A stretch of 64,000 nt of DNA from Takakia lepidozioides (lineage: Eukaryota; Plantae; Bryophyta), in contig CM060732.1 of the NCBI GenBank assembly GCA_030704615.1, positions 35,464,001 through 35,528,000 on the forward strand. The letters run 5' to 3'. The notes under the pieces are model-generated. The model was not told where the DNA came from. It searched no databases and worked only from the letters and a program-made list of their open reading frames with translations. A program made the translations under genes and the position numbers. Below are positions 48,278 to 60,954 of the stretch, piece by piece. Each line of letters opens with the position of its first letter. Position 1 is the first letter of the stretch.

Positions 48278-50206
48278 TGGGTCCTCGCCATTGGGTCCTC
48301 GCCCTTGGTCTGTTCTTGGATTATTTCTGTAATCCTGATTCCCGGGCTGGTAATTCCCCCTTGGATACCCTGATAGTGCCTCTAGAATTTCCTTTCCTTG
48401 GTAATTTCCTCTTGAATTACCTCTCCCTTCCATGCCATTGTTATAACCACCAGACCTAACCATAGTGGTCCTGATCATTGTTTCTTCTTGGCTGGGGCTG
48501 CACCTGATGCACCCTTACTTGCCTAGGTTCTCTTGCAGTTGTCCTTCTATTGTAGTAACAATTCTCAGTAGAATGGTTATCCATTTTACATATATTACAG
48601 TGTTTCTCCTTCATGTGGCATTCTGTGGTGGTATGGCCTTCATTCTGGCACTTTGCACACCATACACCCACCTTCCTCCAATGTGTTGCAGCCGCCTCTG
48701 TGGCATACTTCTTCAAGATTTCTTCCAATCTTTTTTTCATAGTTATCCCTCTTCAACTTCTCCTTTCTCTTACTCTTCCTTTTTAGTTCTTGCTCTTCTT
48801 CTTCATCTGTTTCATCCTCAGAGTCCTCATCATCCTTTTTCTCTCTCCTGAGCATTCCCAATTGCTCAATTCTGTTTGCAGTTTTTAAATGCCTCCTCCA
48901 CTGTATTATGGGGTAACATATCCACTTTCTTTTGCAACTCTGGTCTTAGTCCACTCACAAACCAAGTCTTCTGTAAACCGATGTTGGTACTGCAGCCAGC
49001 TTTTTTCATCATCAATTCCATCTTTTCCATATACTCCTCAACAGTTTCATGCTTCTTTTGCTTTAACTGTTGTAAACTTCCATACACTTCATCCTCAGTT
49101 TTACTTGTCTTGAACCTATTTCGGAATGCTGTATTCAAGCCATTCTAGGTTAGGAAATGATTATCAGGGAACCTTGCATACCATTCACTTGCTTTCTTGA
49201 TAAGTGAACAAGGAAACAATCTCATCTTGGCATCATCGCCATTCTCATTGTTCACTATACACATGTGCTCAAATTGGCTAATGTGTACATCAGGATCCCC
49301 TTTTCCTGAATTATTGGAAAATGGTTTTTGGTTTTGCCCGTGTTGGTTTTGTAACGCCATCTGTGGCCCTACCTTCTGCCCACTGACAGGTGCTGGCACC
49401 CTTGCTGGTGCTGTCCTTCTGGACTTGTTGTTTTTTGTGGTGGATCTTCCACCAAGTGGTGGCCCTTGAGCACTCCCTGCTACTGGCCCCACGATATTCA
49501 CAGTATTCCCAGCTTCAGTTGCACACTACTTCCCACACTCCCCTTGTCCCCCCAGACCAGATCCAGGCCCGCCGCCTGATCCCCCTGAGCTGACACCTTC
49601 GTTGGCCTGTGATCCAAGTGCTCCACTTGATCCAGGTCCAACGGGTTGGGATGTCCTGGTTGTAGTCTCAACCTCAGCTGTTGGGTCTACTTCTTCATAC
49701 TACTCTTCCTCTTCCAATTTCTTCCCTGTTTTCATCATCCTCCAAGTTCTGTCCTTGGGTTTCTTCTTCACTCATGTAACTCAACTGCAATGGTGTTGGA
49801 GAGTCTGAACTCTCCGTTGGCTCTGCCACAATCCTCTCCTCTCCTCCTCCCCTTCACTTTCTGCTTCAGAAACTGGAGTTCCTGCTTTGGGTGTTCCATG
49901 CCAACTCTTATCAAAGATTTCTGTCAAATCTTTTATCCAGGGATGTACCTCAGATCTTTCACCTCGTGATTGATCTTCTTCCCGTACCAATTCCCTTACT
50001 CTTTCTTGCAAAGAAACAGAAGGAGTGGCATCCAACTCTAGTTCTTCTGGTATGGGTGATGTACTCTCTGATTTTAATGGTGTGAGAGGTCCAGATGATT
50101 CTCCTATGTCTATTCCTCTCTCCCAAAGATATGGATAATTAGCTTTCAAATAGCTTTCTCTTTTTGCTGAATATCTCTGGCGTCTAGCTTCTCTTTCATC
50201 ACTCAT
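48278..50206 (-). pseudogene. gag: 5' part of gag of element C
   Basis: MSDEREARRQ start at 50206; matches 10871-12735. Confidence 0.92.
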
Positions 50207-50229
50207 GTCCCATGTCTTTCATTTCTTTT

Positions 50230-50920
50230 TAATGTGACAATAACCAAAACTCTCTTCTGTAATATCTCTCGTATATGCCTGGGTTTCTTTCAAGCTTCAA
50301 TGGGCACCCTTGGCTATACTTGAAGTCTCCGTTACCATATAACCATATGGCAAACAAGTCTGGAAAGCTGTTTCTGTGTGAGTTTGATCCACAAAATATC
50401 CTTTGGAATCCAATTCTTTACCAGTACAAGCTCTTCATGCATTTGAGTATAAACATTCACTTTTCTTTCCTCCCAGCCTTCAAACTCTACTCGCTTAATG
50501 GATAGCAATGCTATCACATATACAATGTTGTAACCACGTGCTCTTCCTCTACAGGCCACCTGATAAATCTTTATCACTCCTTTCTCCAGACCCCACTCAG
50601 GGTCAGCATCATGCACTCTCTTAAGAATGTTTTCTTTACAGCCGTCTGGCAATTCCAAAAACCTTTGAAAGAATCGTTTGGACAATCTTTCCTTCTCAGT
50701 TTCACAAGGAATTTTGATTCACATCAAATTCTTTAATTTTCCAACCACCATGATCCACCAGATGCCTGTCACATCTGGTTGTTCATGACCCATTCCCCAG
50801 TATGGTCGCCAAAATGTCGCGCGGCTTTACTCACCCATCCCTTCGCTATCCGAGGCAGAAACTCCAAGATAGAAGAGTTGGAAATCTCTAAGTACTCAGC
50901 CCCGCTCAGAACAATCAGTC
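50230..50920 (-). pseudogene. ORF1 of element C, frameshifted
   Basis: ORF 50332-50685 matches 10153-10848. Confidence 0.75.
50794..50811 (-). promoter_or_regulatory. Primer binding site of element C
   Basis: Reverse complement of TGGCGACCATACTGGGGA next to the LTR end. Confidence 0.85.
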
Positions 50921-51829
50921 ATGACCTACAGCTAGTGTATCATGGGGTGTTTCCTATTTGTTTTCCTTCCCGCATTCATGTTAGCTAGCTACCTTACTAT
51001 TGATAATTAAGTATCAGTTTGCTTCATCAATCTATCGGATTCCATCAACTCATCCATTCATTCCACAGCTCACTCAGATCTCTCTACAGAGTGTGAGTAT
51101 AAAGTGTGTATCAGATTAATATCTATCCAGTATCAGGCTAAAGCCCTGGAGTCTCTAATCTGCTCTACATTATAATTCTACTGCTTGCTTCCATTAAGCA
51201 TCACAGATCATCCTCCTCCTACTCCATGCTCTCCCTCTTTCTGCTCAGGGATATGCTCTCTGCCTCATTTCCCCTCAGTGATGTCCGAAGTCCCCCCCCC
51301 CCAAGAAGTGATCTCAAAAATCGATCCTTCTTCAGTCCTTGCTCCTAGCTTTATCTTCCTACCCGTTGTTCTAACCGTTTCCCTCACTAACCGTCGTCCG
51401 TGAACTAACATGTTCCATTCGCAGGTGTTGTCCCCACAGTCGTTCCCTGTCCTGCTATACTTTCCCTATGTCGTGATAGCTGTGTCAAGCTGTGACTGGC
51501 TGTGTGAAACTGTGACCGGCTGTGACCGGCTGTGTCGGGCTGTGACTGGCTGTGTGACTGTGTTTGGCTGTGTCGGGCTGTGACTGGCTGTGTGGCTGTG
51601 TCGGCTGTGACGGGCTGTGTTGGATGTGATGGGCTGTGTCGGGTTGTGACGAGCTGTGTTGACTGTGTCTGGCTGTGTCAGCTGTGTCGGACTATGACGG
51701 GCTGTGTAACCCCCCTCTAAAGTGCGCTGCTGTCACCCCTAAGGCTCCTGTTGGTCTCAGTCTGTGCAAAAATTAAGGGTACCCCCCAGATCCCGTATAA
51801 ATGTCTAAGTCCCAGACAGTCCTCTAACA
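50815..51829 (-). repeat. 5' LTR of element C
   Basis: TGTTAGAGG at 51829, ...GCGACA at 50815. Same subtype as 1-492. Right flank GATCC is the predicted TSD. Confidence 0.93.
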
Positions 51830-54800
51830 GATCCCGATGTACACATTAGCCAATTTGAGCACATGTGTAAGTGAACAATGAGAATGGCGATGATGCCAAG
51901 ATGAGATTGTTTCCTTGTTCATTATCAAGAAAGCAAGTGAATGGTATGCAAGATTCCCTGATAATCATTTCCTAACCTGGAATGGCTTGAATACAGCATT
52001 CCAAAATAGGTTCAGGACAAGTAAAATTGAGGATGAAGTGTATGGAAGTTTACAACAGTTAAAGCAAAAGAAGCATGAAACTGTTGAGGTATATGGAAAA
52101 GATGGAATTGATGATGAAAAAGCTGGCTGCAATACCAGCACCAGGTTTACAGAAGACTTGGTTTGTGAGTGGACTAAGACCAGAGTTGCAAAAGAAAGTG
52201 GATATGTTACCTCATAATACAGTGGAGGAGGCATTTGAAACTGCAAACAGAATTGAGCAATTGGGAATGCTCAGGAGAGAGAAAAGGGAGGATGAGGAGC
52301 TTGTTGAGGTGAGGATATGAATCAGATGAAGAAGAAGAGCAGAACTAAAAAGAAAGAGTAAGAGAAAGGAGAGTTGAAGAGGGATAACTATGAAAAAAGA
52401 TGGGAAGAAATCTTGAAGAAGTATGCCACAGAGGCTGTAACACATTGGAGGAAGGGTGTATGGTGTGCAAAGTGCCAGAATGAAGGCCATACCACCACAG
52501 AATGCACATGAAGGAGAAACACTGACTATCTGTAAAATGGATAACCATTCTACTGAGAATTGTTACTACCATAGAAGGACAGTTGCAAGAAGAACCTAGG
52601 CAGTAAGGGTGCATTCAGGTGCAGCCCCAGCCAAGAAGAAACAATGATCAGGACCACTATGGTAGGTCTGGTGGTTATAACAATGGCATGGAAGGGAGAG
52701 GTAATTCAAGAGGGAATTACCAAGGAAATTCCAGAGGCAACTATCAGGGTAATCCAAGGGGGAATTCCAACCGGGAATCAGGATTACAGAAATAATCCAA
52801 GAGCAGACCAAGGGCGAGGACCCAATGGTGAAGAACTATGTTACTATTGTAATCAGCCGGGACATCGCAAGGCAGCTTGTTCATTCTGGATAAGACACCA
52901 AAATGAGATGAGAGCTCCTGTGAATGAGGGCCCAGTGGTGGCAACTCACATGTTTAGGCCATGTGTTGTACCAGAAGTAAGTACAATGATAGTAACCAGA
53001 AGCAAAGCCAAACTAATACCTCCAGTAGTTTGAGGAAGATGATGATAATGAAGGTGGCAGTGATATGCCTGAAGATGATGAGGCTTGAGAGATGAGAAGG
53101 AACTGCACAAGGAAGTGGCAGATACCATAAGGGAAATGCAAAAGAGTACTGATATTCCTGTGGCAGATTCCTCTGATTCTGATGGAGAAGAAGAAGTGAG
53201 TGAGGATGAAAGAAAGAAAGAAGATGCAGACATGCAAAGTAATGAAGAGACTTTGGCTGAAGTAATATGCCAGACCAAAGCAGAGATTACCATTGGACAG
53301 CTATTGGCTATGGCACCTTATTGTAGGCACAGGCTGTATCAAGCAATCAATTGAATTGTCCAGGAGACAGGAAACACAGCACTGAACAGCAAGGTGACCA
53401 GTTTATATGTGAAGCCGGAAGGGCGAGAAACAGTCATGGACTTTGATGATTCTATGCCAGTAACCAATTGAGAATTGGGAAGCACAGAACTAACTGATGT
53501 ACTGATGATGAGGTTCTGGAGTAAATATCATGACAAACCAATTAAGAAAGAAGCTTGGTCTAAGTAACATGAAACCAGCCCCATTTACAGTAACAATGCA
53601 GATCAAAGAAGTGTACAGCCATTGGGATTAATAAGAGGAGTTAAGATACAGATACAGAAGAGATCTTTATGATCACACAGTAACTGTGTTAAGATGGATG
53701 AAGTCATGGAGGCTTACTCCTTTATTATTGGGGACGTCCGTGGCTGAAACAGGCAAGGTATTCCATGACTGGAATTCTCAGTTACTAAACCGTGCATAAT
53801 GGGATACACGAAAATACAAATTACCACAAGAAATCTAGTAGATTACCTGCTACAAGAAGACCTCGAGGAGTCAGAGAGTATGACTGGAGTGGAGGAACTG
53901 GATGAGGAGCAGAAGCTACCATGTTTGCTGCACACCCAGAGTGGGAGCAGGTTGCAGAGATGCGGCTGGAAAGCCTAAGTTGTTTAAGAGGTATCTGTTT
54001 GGTGTAGTGTCAGCAACACCAACTGAAGAAGAAACCAGCAGTTACCCATCACATTTCTATGAAGAAAGAGAAGGAGAAATGGAAATCCTAGAGGAACCAG
54101 CCACTGTGAGTTTACAGGATGAAGTGGTGGACTGGTTGGACAATCACAGCTGATGAGCAGGTGAGGAAATGAATGTGGGAACTAAAGAGGAACCGAGGAT
54201 GGTGAAGGTAGGAGCTGATTTGGAGCGAGAATTCTTTGAAGAAGCTAAGAGTTTGTTCATCAAATACAGAGATGTATTTGCTTGGAGCTATGAGGATCTA
54301 AAAGGGATACCACCTGAAATCTGTCAGCATAAGATTGAACTGGAACCAGGGTCAGTACCAATCAAGCAGGCAAGGTACAGAATGAATCCCAACTACGCAC
54401 AGAAGGTTGGAGAAGATATCAGAAGTTGGCTGAGGCTAAGTTTATATACCCAATAGAGTATACAACTTGGTTGTCACCCATTGTAATAGTTCCCAAGAAG
54501 AATGGTAAACTAAGAGTTTGTGTGAACTACAAGAAGCTGAATGCTTGTTACGAAGAAAGATCCTTTCCCTTTGCCATTCACAGAAGCAGTATTGGACACT
54601 GTGGCAGGCCATGAGATGTACGCATTCATGGATGGCTTCAGTGGTTATAATCAAGTGCAAGTGGCAGAAGAAGATCAAGGAAAGACAGCTTTTCATCACA
54701 GACTGGGGTGCTTATGCATACAAAGTCATGCCCTTTGGACTTTGTAATGCACCAGCAACCTTTCAGAGAGTGATAAGTGAATCTTTTCATGAGTATCTGG

Positions 54801-56750
54801 ATGATTTCATGTAGGTGTTCTTGGATGATTTCAGTGTGTACAGCTCTAAGAATGAGCACTTGCATAAATTGGAGTTATGTTCTGGCCAGATGCAGGATGA
54901 GAGGTCTGGGCCTGAATCCAGAGAAATGTACTTTCTGTGTGAACTCAGGCGTGCTTCTGGGACACATTGTGTGTAAGAAGGGACTTCTTGTGGATCCCAG
55001 GAAGACAGAGGCCATTAAAGCCTCTCCACCACCAGTGAATGTTAAGAGTCTAAGGAGATTCCCTTGGGCAAACCAGTTATTACAGAAGCTTTGTCAAAAG
55101 GTATGCTCAAATAGCAGCCCCATTGAGCAAGCTTCTGAAGAAAGATGCAGTGTTTGCATGGACAGCTGAATGTCAACAGGCTTTTGAGGAACTTACACTG
55201 TCAGTAACAACTACACCTGTGCTGATTAACCCTCACTGGCATGTAGTATTTCATGTTCACTGTGATGCCTCAGGAGAAGCGTTGGAGCGGTGTTAGCCCA
55301 GAATGTTACAGGAAATATAGATTCACCTGTGTACTATGCTAGCAGGTCTGAAGCAGTATTGAAAGGAACTATAGCACAACTGAAAGAGAAGCACTGGCAA
55401 TGATTTATGCAGTCAAGAAATTCAGGCATTACCTATTGGGAAGAAAGTTTTATGTTTTATTGGATCACCAGGCTCTGATATATCTGGTGAACAAACCTTT
55501 GATAAGTGGAAGGATAGCGAGGTGGTTAATAATCTTTGCATGAGTTTGAGTGAAGTTGTTTACAAGCCTGGCCGTTTGCATCTTGTAGCAGATCATTTGT
55601 CACGACTAACAACAGGAGAGGCCGCCACAGGAGTAGACGATCAGTTACCTGATGCGAGTTTTATTTGTAATGGAGGTGCAAGGAAGTGGCAGATGATGGT
55701 TAATTTGAGTGGCCAATCAGATACTACCTTACTCATGGTCAATGCCCACCTAGTTATGGTAAGGAGCAGAGGAAGAGAATCGCTATCAAAGCTTTACCTT
55801 ATACTATGGTAGAAGCCAGAATGTATAAGCTAGGACCTGATGGAGTACTAAAACGATGCTTGTACCACATGAAGTAAATAAAGTTTTGGAGGAAGTTCAT
55901 AAAGGAGTGGCTGGAGGTCATTTTGGAGAAGAGACTACCAGTCGTACTACTCGCACGTTACTGGTGGCCTACTTTGTTCAAAGATGTACACAAGTATTGT
56001 CAGAGTTGTGATGAATGTCAGAGGCTAGGACCTTTGCAGAGATCTGGAAGGATGGCCTTGCATCCTACAATGCCTACGGAACCATTTCAGAAATGGGGAC
56101 TAGACTTTGTTGGACCGATTAACCCACCAGCCAAGAATACACGGAACAGGTACATAATTACAGCCACTGATTATACTACGAAGTGGTGGAAGCTAAAGCT
56201 TTGAGGGACAACACAGCCAAGTCCACAGCAAGGTTCCTGTATGAGAACATACTTACACAATTTGGCTGTCCCTTGGAATTTATCAGTGATCAGGGAAGTC
56301 ACTTCATTAATGAGACCATTGAATTATTGACTAAAGAGTTCATGATTGTGCATAGAAGAGTACAACGTATTACCCACAGGGTAATGGGCAGGCAGAGGCT
56401 ACCAACAAAATACTATGTACTATCTTGGCTAAGATAGTCAATGCAAACAGAACGGATTGGGATACAAAGCTGCTGACAGCTTTGTGGTCATACAGGACTT
56501 CATATAAAGTCACCACTAAGTATACACCATTCCAATTAGTTTATGGTATGGAAGCCTTACTTCCAGTGGAATTCCTGTTACCTACCATGAGAACGGAATG
56601 GGGAAAGAGAATGGAATTGCAAGATTCCATTAAGGTCAGGAAACATGAATTATACCATGTGGAAGAAGTACGTGCTGATGCAGCTGATAATATGACCAGA
56701 ATTCAGATGAAGAGAAAGGAACAGTTTGTTGAAGGCAAGTTAAAGACTTT
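51830..56750 (+). pseudogene. gag-pol: gag-pol of element D (host of C), many frameshifts
   Basis: Begins mid-gag (DPDVHISQ) and runs through PR, RT, RH and IN to GKLKTF. Confidence 0.92.
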
Positions 56751-57232
56751 TATGGATTGTGTAACCCTAGTAGGCTGTGTTGAGCTATGACAGGCTGTGT
56801 CATACTGTGGTACGCCGTGATACGCTGTGTTGCACTGCGGTAAGCTGTGATAGGCTGTGACACGCTGTAGTAAGCTGTGATAGGCTGTATTGCTCTGTGC
56901 TGGGCTGTGATAGGCTGTGTCGCTCTGGTCATATATGCTCGGCTTAGCGACAAGTGCTCCATACTCCGTTGGTATCACTGGTGCAGCCCGTGACTGCTTT
57001 TGCGTTTCAACATGCAATTCATGCTGCAATGGTTTGTCATGGATACCACTGTACTCTTTCAACTTATTGGCATTGACTCTTCCCAGCATCTCTTTGTTAA
57101 TGGTTTGTAACATGACGGTGTTGTTATCATATATCTTTCGTATGACATAAGGTCCTTTCCATGGTGATTTAAGCTTAGAAGCTTTAATCTTTCCTTTCTT
57201 CTGCAACCATAGAACCAAATCTCCCGTCTTAA
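56751..57232 (-). pseudogene. Inverted integrase C-terminus + TAYHS repeat of element D
   Basis: KTGDLVLW...WKGPY...NKLKEYSGIHDK...TAYHS reads on the minus strand and continues the plus-strand IN. Confidence 0.9.
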
Positions 57233-58249
57233 GAAGGGTACTTCTCCCGCAGGTCCAGAATTTTGAATACGGCCCATGCTTCACCTGCATCCCCAGAGAT
57301 CTCCCTTCCATCGTACATGATCTGTGCCAGGTCTTGTAAGATAGCTGCTCGCAATACTGGGTCTTTCACCTTTGCAACTGTATTCTTTTGCCAGGTTCGG
57401 CGAACATGCCACAAGCACAAGAAAACAGCACAATCCCCCCAAACAGATCTGTTCTCTTATCAGGTAGGTAAACTGAAATTCATGTGTAACCAAGAGATCA
57501 TGGTAGGCATATTGCCTGAGTTCATGGACGTACCTAATGGCAGCAATTTCAGCATCTGCATCATCCACAATAAATGCATTGGGACGCCAATCTACTTGCC
57601 AACTTGTCATTTGTTTGTTTAGTGCCTCCATCCAAGGCGTCAGATCGATGGTTTTGCACCTTGCAGTGATAATGTAAGCCACTGGAATACCATTCAGCCA
57701 GTCGTCGAATACCATCATGGTATATAACGGGTATTGCAACAACAATCATGTGTAACTGAAGTGACTTGAAAGGAAATGGTAGCAAAACAGAGGACTTCAC
57801 ATGAAGAATGTAATTTGTCATGCTTTCAGGAAATTCGGGTTAACAATCTAACGAACCTTCTTTTCATTCGTTCCAAAGGTTGCATCACAAGCAACTATGC
57901 GACGATGGCCGTGTTTGAACATCTGTTTTCTCTGCCAATCAGTTTGTATGCCAAGCACAAATGGAAGGTTGAGTTTTCTGTCATTCAACGTCCAAGCAGG
58001 GTGATTAGATTCCTGGTAGTAGAAAACTCTTCCTAGGTTTTCATGCACCCACATTCGGACACTTTGTGCATCATTGGAGTGTTTTTTGAATGTTTCTTCA
58101 TCGCACTTGTTGGCAATATGTCGGATGTCATTTGAAAGAAGGAAGGTGTCACCAGTAACCTCGAACCCCCCATCCATGATTTCCCTCACCCTCTACGTGT
58201 GCTTGGCCATTATTTTGTTGATGCTGAGTCCAAGACGGAGGTTGTGTAA
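57233..58249 (-). pseudogene. MULE-type transposase catalytic region (plant SWIM/At4g13970-like family), three exons, truncated
   Basis: PFVLGIQTDWQ, VACDATFGTN, YPLYTMMVFD...GIPVAYII, FIVDDADAE, LCLWHVRR. Introns at ~57735-57856 (acceptor appears mutated) and ~57449-57533. Confidence 0.85.
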
Positions 58250-59252
58250 GGGGGCTGCTATTTCATGAGCGGCATGAGCATGAGCGGAAAAAAAAAAAGC
58301 ATGAGCAGACCATTGTGAGTCCACGGAAATAGGGTTAGGAGGCACGGAAATAGGGTCATGTGAAGTTGGAATGTGGCACCAGTGGACTTGAAATGCAACA
58401 TTTTATTGCAAATTTTGTGGCAAGCCACGTCTATACAAGTGTGTTCTAACTGTCATAGCCGGAATGAAGAAAACATTGCATCCCATCTTGTTTTGCTGCT
58501 TCGAAACCAAGTTCAAATGCCCAGTGTAGGTGCTTTTAACCATCATGTACTGCAGTGGCGTTTCCAATGGCATGGCAAGCCTCCTGGCCAAAACGCTGCC
58601 GAAGTCGCCTACATTCCCTGGAATCGAGTTGCTGATTTCATTACAGGGGAGTCTTCCCGTTCAGATGGCCCATGCACTTTCAGCAGGCATCAGCAAAGAT
58701 GCCATCAGGAGGGGTCTCTCTTAGCTCCTCACAACAACAGTGCCAGGACTACAACAAGGTACATTGGGCTGCAGGTCATGTGTTGCAAGGGCTACTGAAT
58801 GATTTCCATGAATGTCCGAGTGCCTGAATCCCCTTGGTGTCATAGTAACAGATTGTTTTTTTGTTATTGTAGGTATCACTGCTCATATGGTCCACATGAC
58901 AAAACTAGTTCTCTCTTGGAGGTTACCCCTGCAATGGCACACAAGAAACGCCGAGTGAAGCCTGCAAAGAAGAGGGGGAGGAAGCCAAGAGCCACAGCCG
59001 CTTCCACTGAAGCAAGCCAAAACAAATGAGGACCACACAAACAAAATCGGGGGAAGGCATCAAGAGGGGATGCATGTGCAGGTTTGTAGTGAAGCAATGC
59101 TATGTGGACCCTGATATTGCAGAGCTGGTCTATTATGAAAATAGACATGTGAATGGGGCTGGACACGTCTGCCATGGACATGCGCATCAAGTAGGTCGCG
59201 TTTCATTAGCTCCCCACCTGAGCGATGAGATGAAATCATGGGTGTTACACAA
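58250..59252 (+). mobile_element. Inverted left arm of the same MULE: terminus plus N-terminal exons (58517-59252)
   Basis: Left terminus at 58250. AYIPWNRVADFITGES, YHCSYGP, KRGCMCRFVVK...RHVN...CHG, APHLSDEMKSWVLH. Intron ~58759-58872. Confidence 0.85.
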
Positions 59253-59482
59253 GAGGTTAGCTATTTCATGAGCATGAGCGGCATGAGCGGCATGAGCGGA
59301 GTAGTAAGACAATCGGTTTTCATGAGCAGAAGTACAAATTTTGAAAATAAAAAACAATAAAAAACAATAAAAACATTAATTTAATGCAATGTGTCAGGAA
59401 AAACAAATATATTATTCGGCCCCTTGAAGGAAAAATTGTAGTTTTGACAGTTGTGCTCATGATATTTCGTCTTCCGCTCATG
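59253..59482 (-). repeat. Second (putative right) MULE terminus
   Basis: GAGGTTAGCTATTTCATGAGC aligns ungapped with GGGGGCTGCTATTTCATGAGC; followed by CATGAGCGG repeats and an A-rich tract. Confidence 0.72.
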
Positions 59483-59566
59483 CCAATTCCCAGCGACATG
59501 TGCAAATATGGCGCCGAATTTCGCGGCTATAGGTCCCCTCATGACAGGTAATTCGGCGCCATTTTT

Positions 59567-60658
59567 GTTCCCCCTCGCCAATTTGTGACAATGGGAACCA
59601 ACGTGTATGCAAGCTCGGGTGAGGTCAGGGAAACGGTGCAACACATAGAACTGCTTGGCATTACAAACAGACATGCAGTGTGGTGGTTCTTTGCAATGCG
59701 CACACTTAAATGTGGAGTTCGGAACCTTCTCCTGAGCTCGAAATGGTTGATGAGCTGTGCCTGTCCAATCGGTCTCGTTCCTGTGACCTCTGGATTTAAA
59801 GTGGAAGCAAGTTGGGGAGAAACACCGCAACGCGCCCGCACAAAGAACGTAGCGCACCCGCACACCATCGAGCATCTTCATGCTGGTGGTTTTGGTAACG
59901 CACCAAGGATGACCATCATGTTTTCTATCCATATCTGTCAACATTCCGGACGCCCTCGAGTAGTCCGCCCGAGGAGGGAACTCAAAGAAGATATTACCGT
60001 CGACGTCGGCGGGAAGGCATGTAACCGATTTAATTGCGAACTTGCTGTAGTCCAGCCCGGCCAGCTCCGACCGGTGTCCCTCCAGGTGAAGCCCTCGCAA
60101 AATTTCAAGAATAGATCGAACTGCGGTGCTCGTGCTGGGAATATGACTCCCTTCTCCACTGACGTCCATTGAGGACTTGCCTGATCTCCAGGACGACCTC
60201 GGAACTTCCATGACCTCGTCTGAGTCGGACAGGTTGTGAACAACCCAGTTCTCGCTCGTCTTCATGGATGGGTTCAGCTCTGGATTTACTTCGTTGCGGA
60301 CTTCTCTCTTTGAGGTAGCCACTCTCTGATTCGCGGATTATTTCGTGGAAGGCGCCAGGATAGAAGGTGCATTTGGCGGGCAAATGAAGTCTCCAACAGC
60401 CCTGTATATGACGCTGTCCGATGGTGGAACTCGCCATTCCCTGCCATCGCCGAAATCATCGTGGAGCACAACAATACTCTCGACAACAAGGCCGTTTGAG
60501 TCCTTCCTTTCCTCCTCCAAAAAAACCGACCCCGGTTTCAGGTGGTATCGAACGCACAGATATTTCTCCATCACCCGGCAGATGTCCCCTCTGCACGGAA
60601 ATGAAGCTCTATGCTCGTGAGGAGGGCAGTACACTGTAGTGCTCGGGTTTTCCGCCAT
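59567..60658 (-). pseudogene. Second copy of the GCM-like MULE transposase, N-terminal half only
   Basis: ORF 59381-60322 holds the intact Cys/His domain. Inverted homologue of 46447-47535. Deleted after KLARGN. Confidence 0.75.
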
Positions 60659-60954
60659 GGGAGATGTGCACACAAGACTGCCAGGATGGCGTGCGGGGAA
60701 GCTCCCTGGTAGAAGGGGGATGCAGCGATGGGAAGGAATGCGGTGCCGATTTGTCCGAGCGACGAAGCCTGATCCAAATCCAGGGAGCCAACTATCTCAA
60801 AAATCCACAGTCAGAGTATTAATGAACCTTGTCTCCGGAATGCGGCCCCTGGTCTTTGCGCAATAACTGCCAACGGTATGCAGTCAGAAAGTGGGGGGCC
60901 GTCCGGATGATGCCGGCTGAAGGGGAGAAGCCGGCACCGTGCCGTCACATTACT

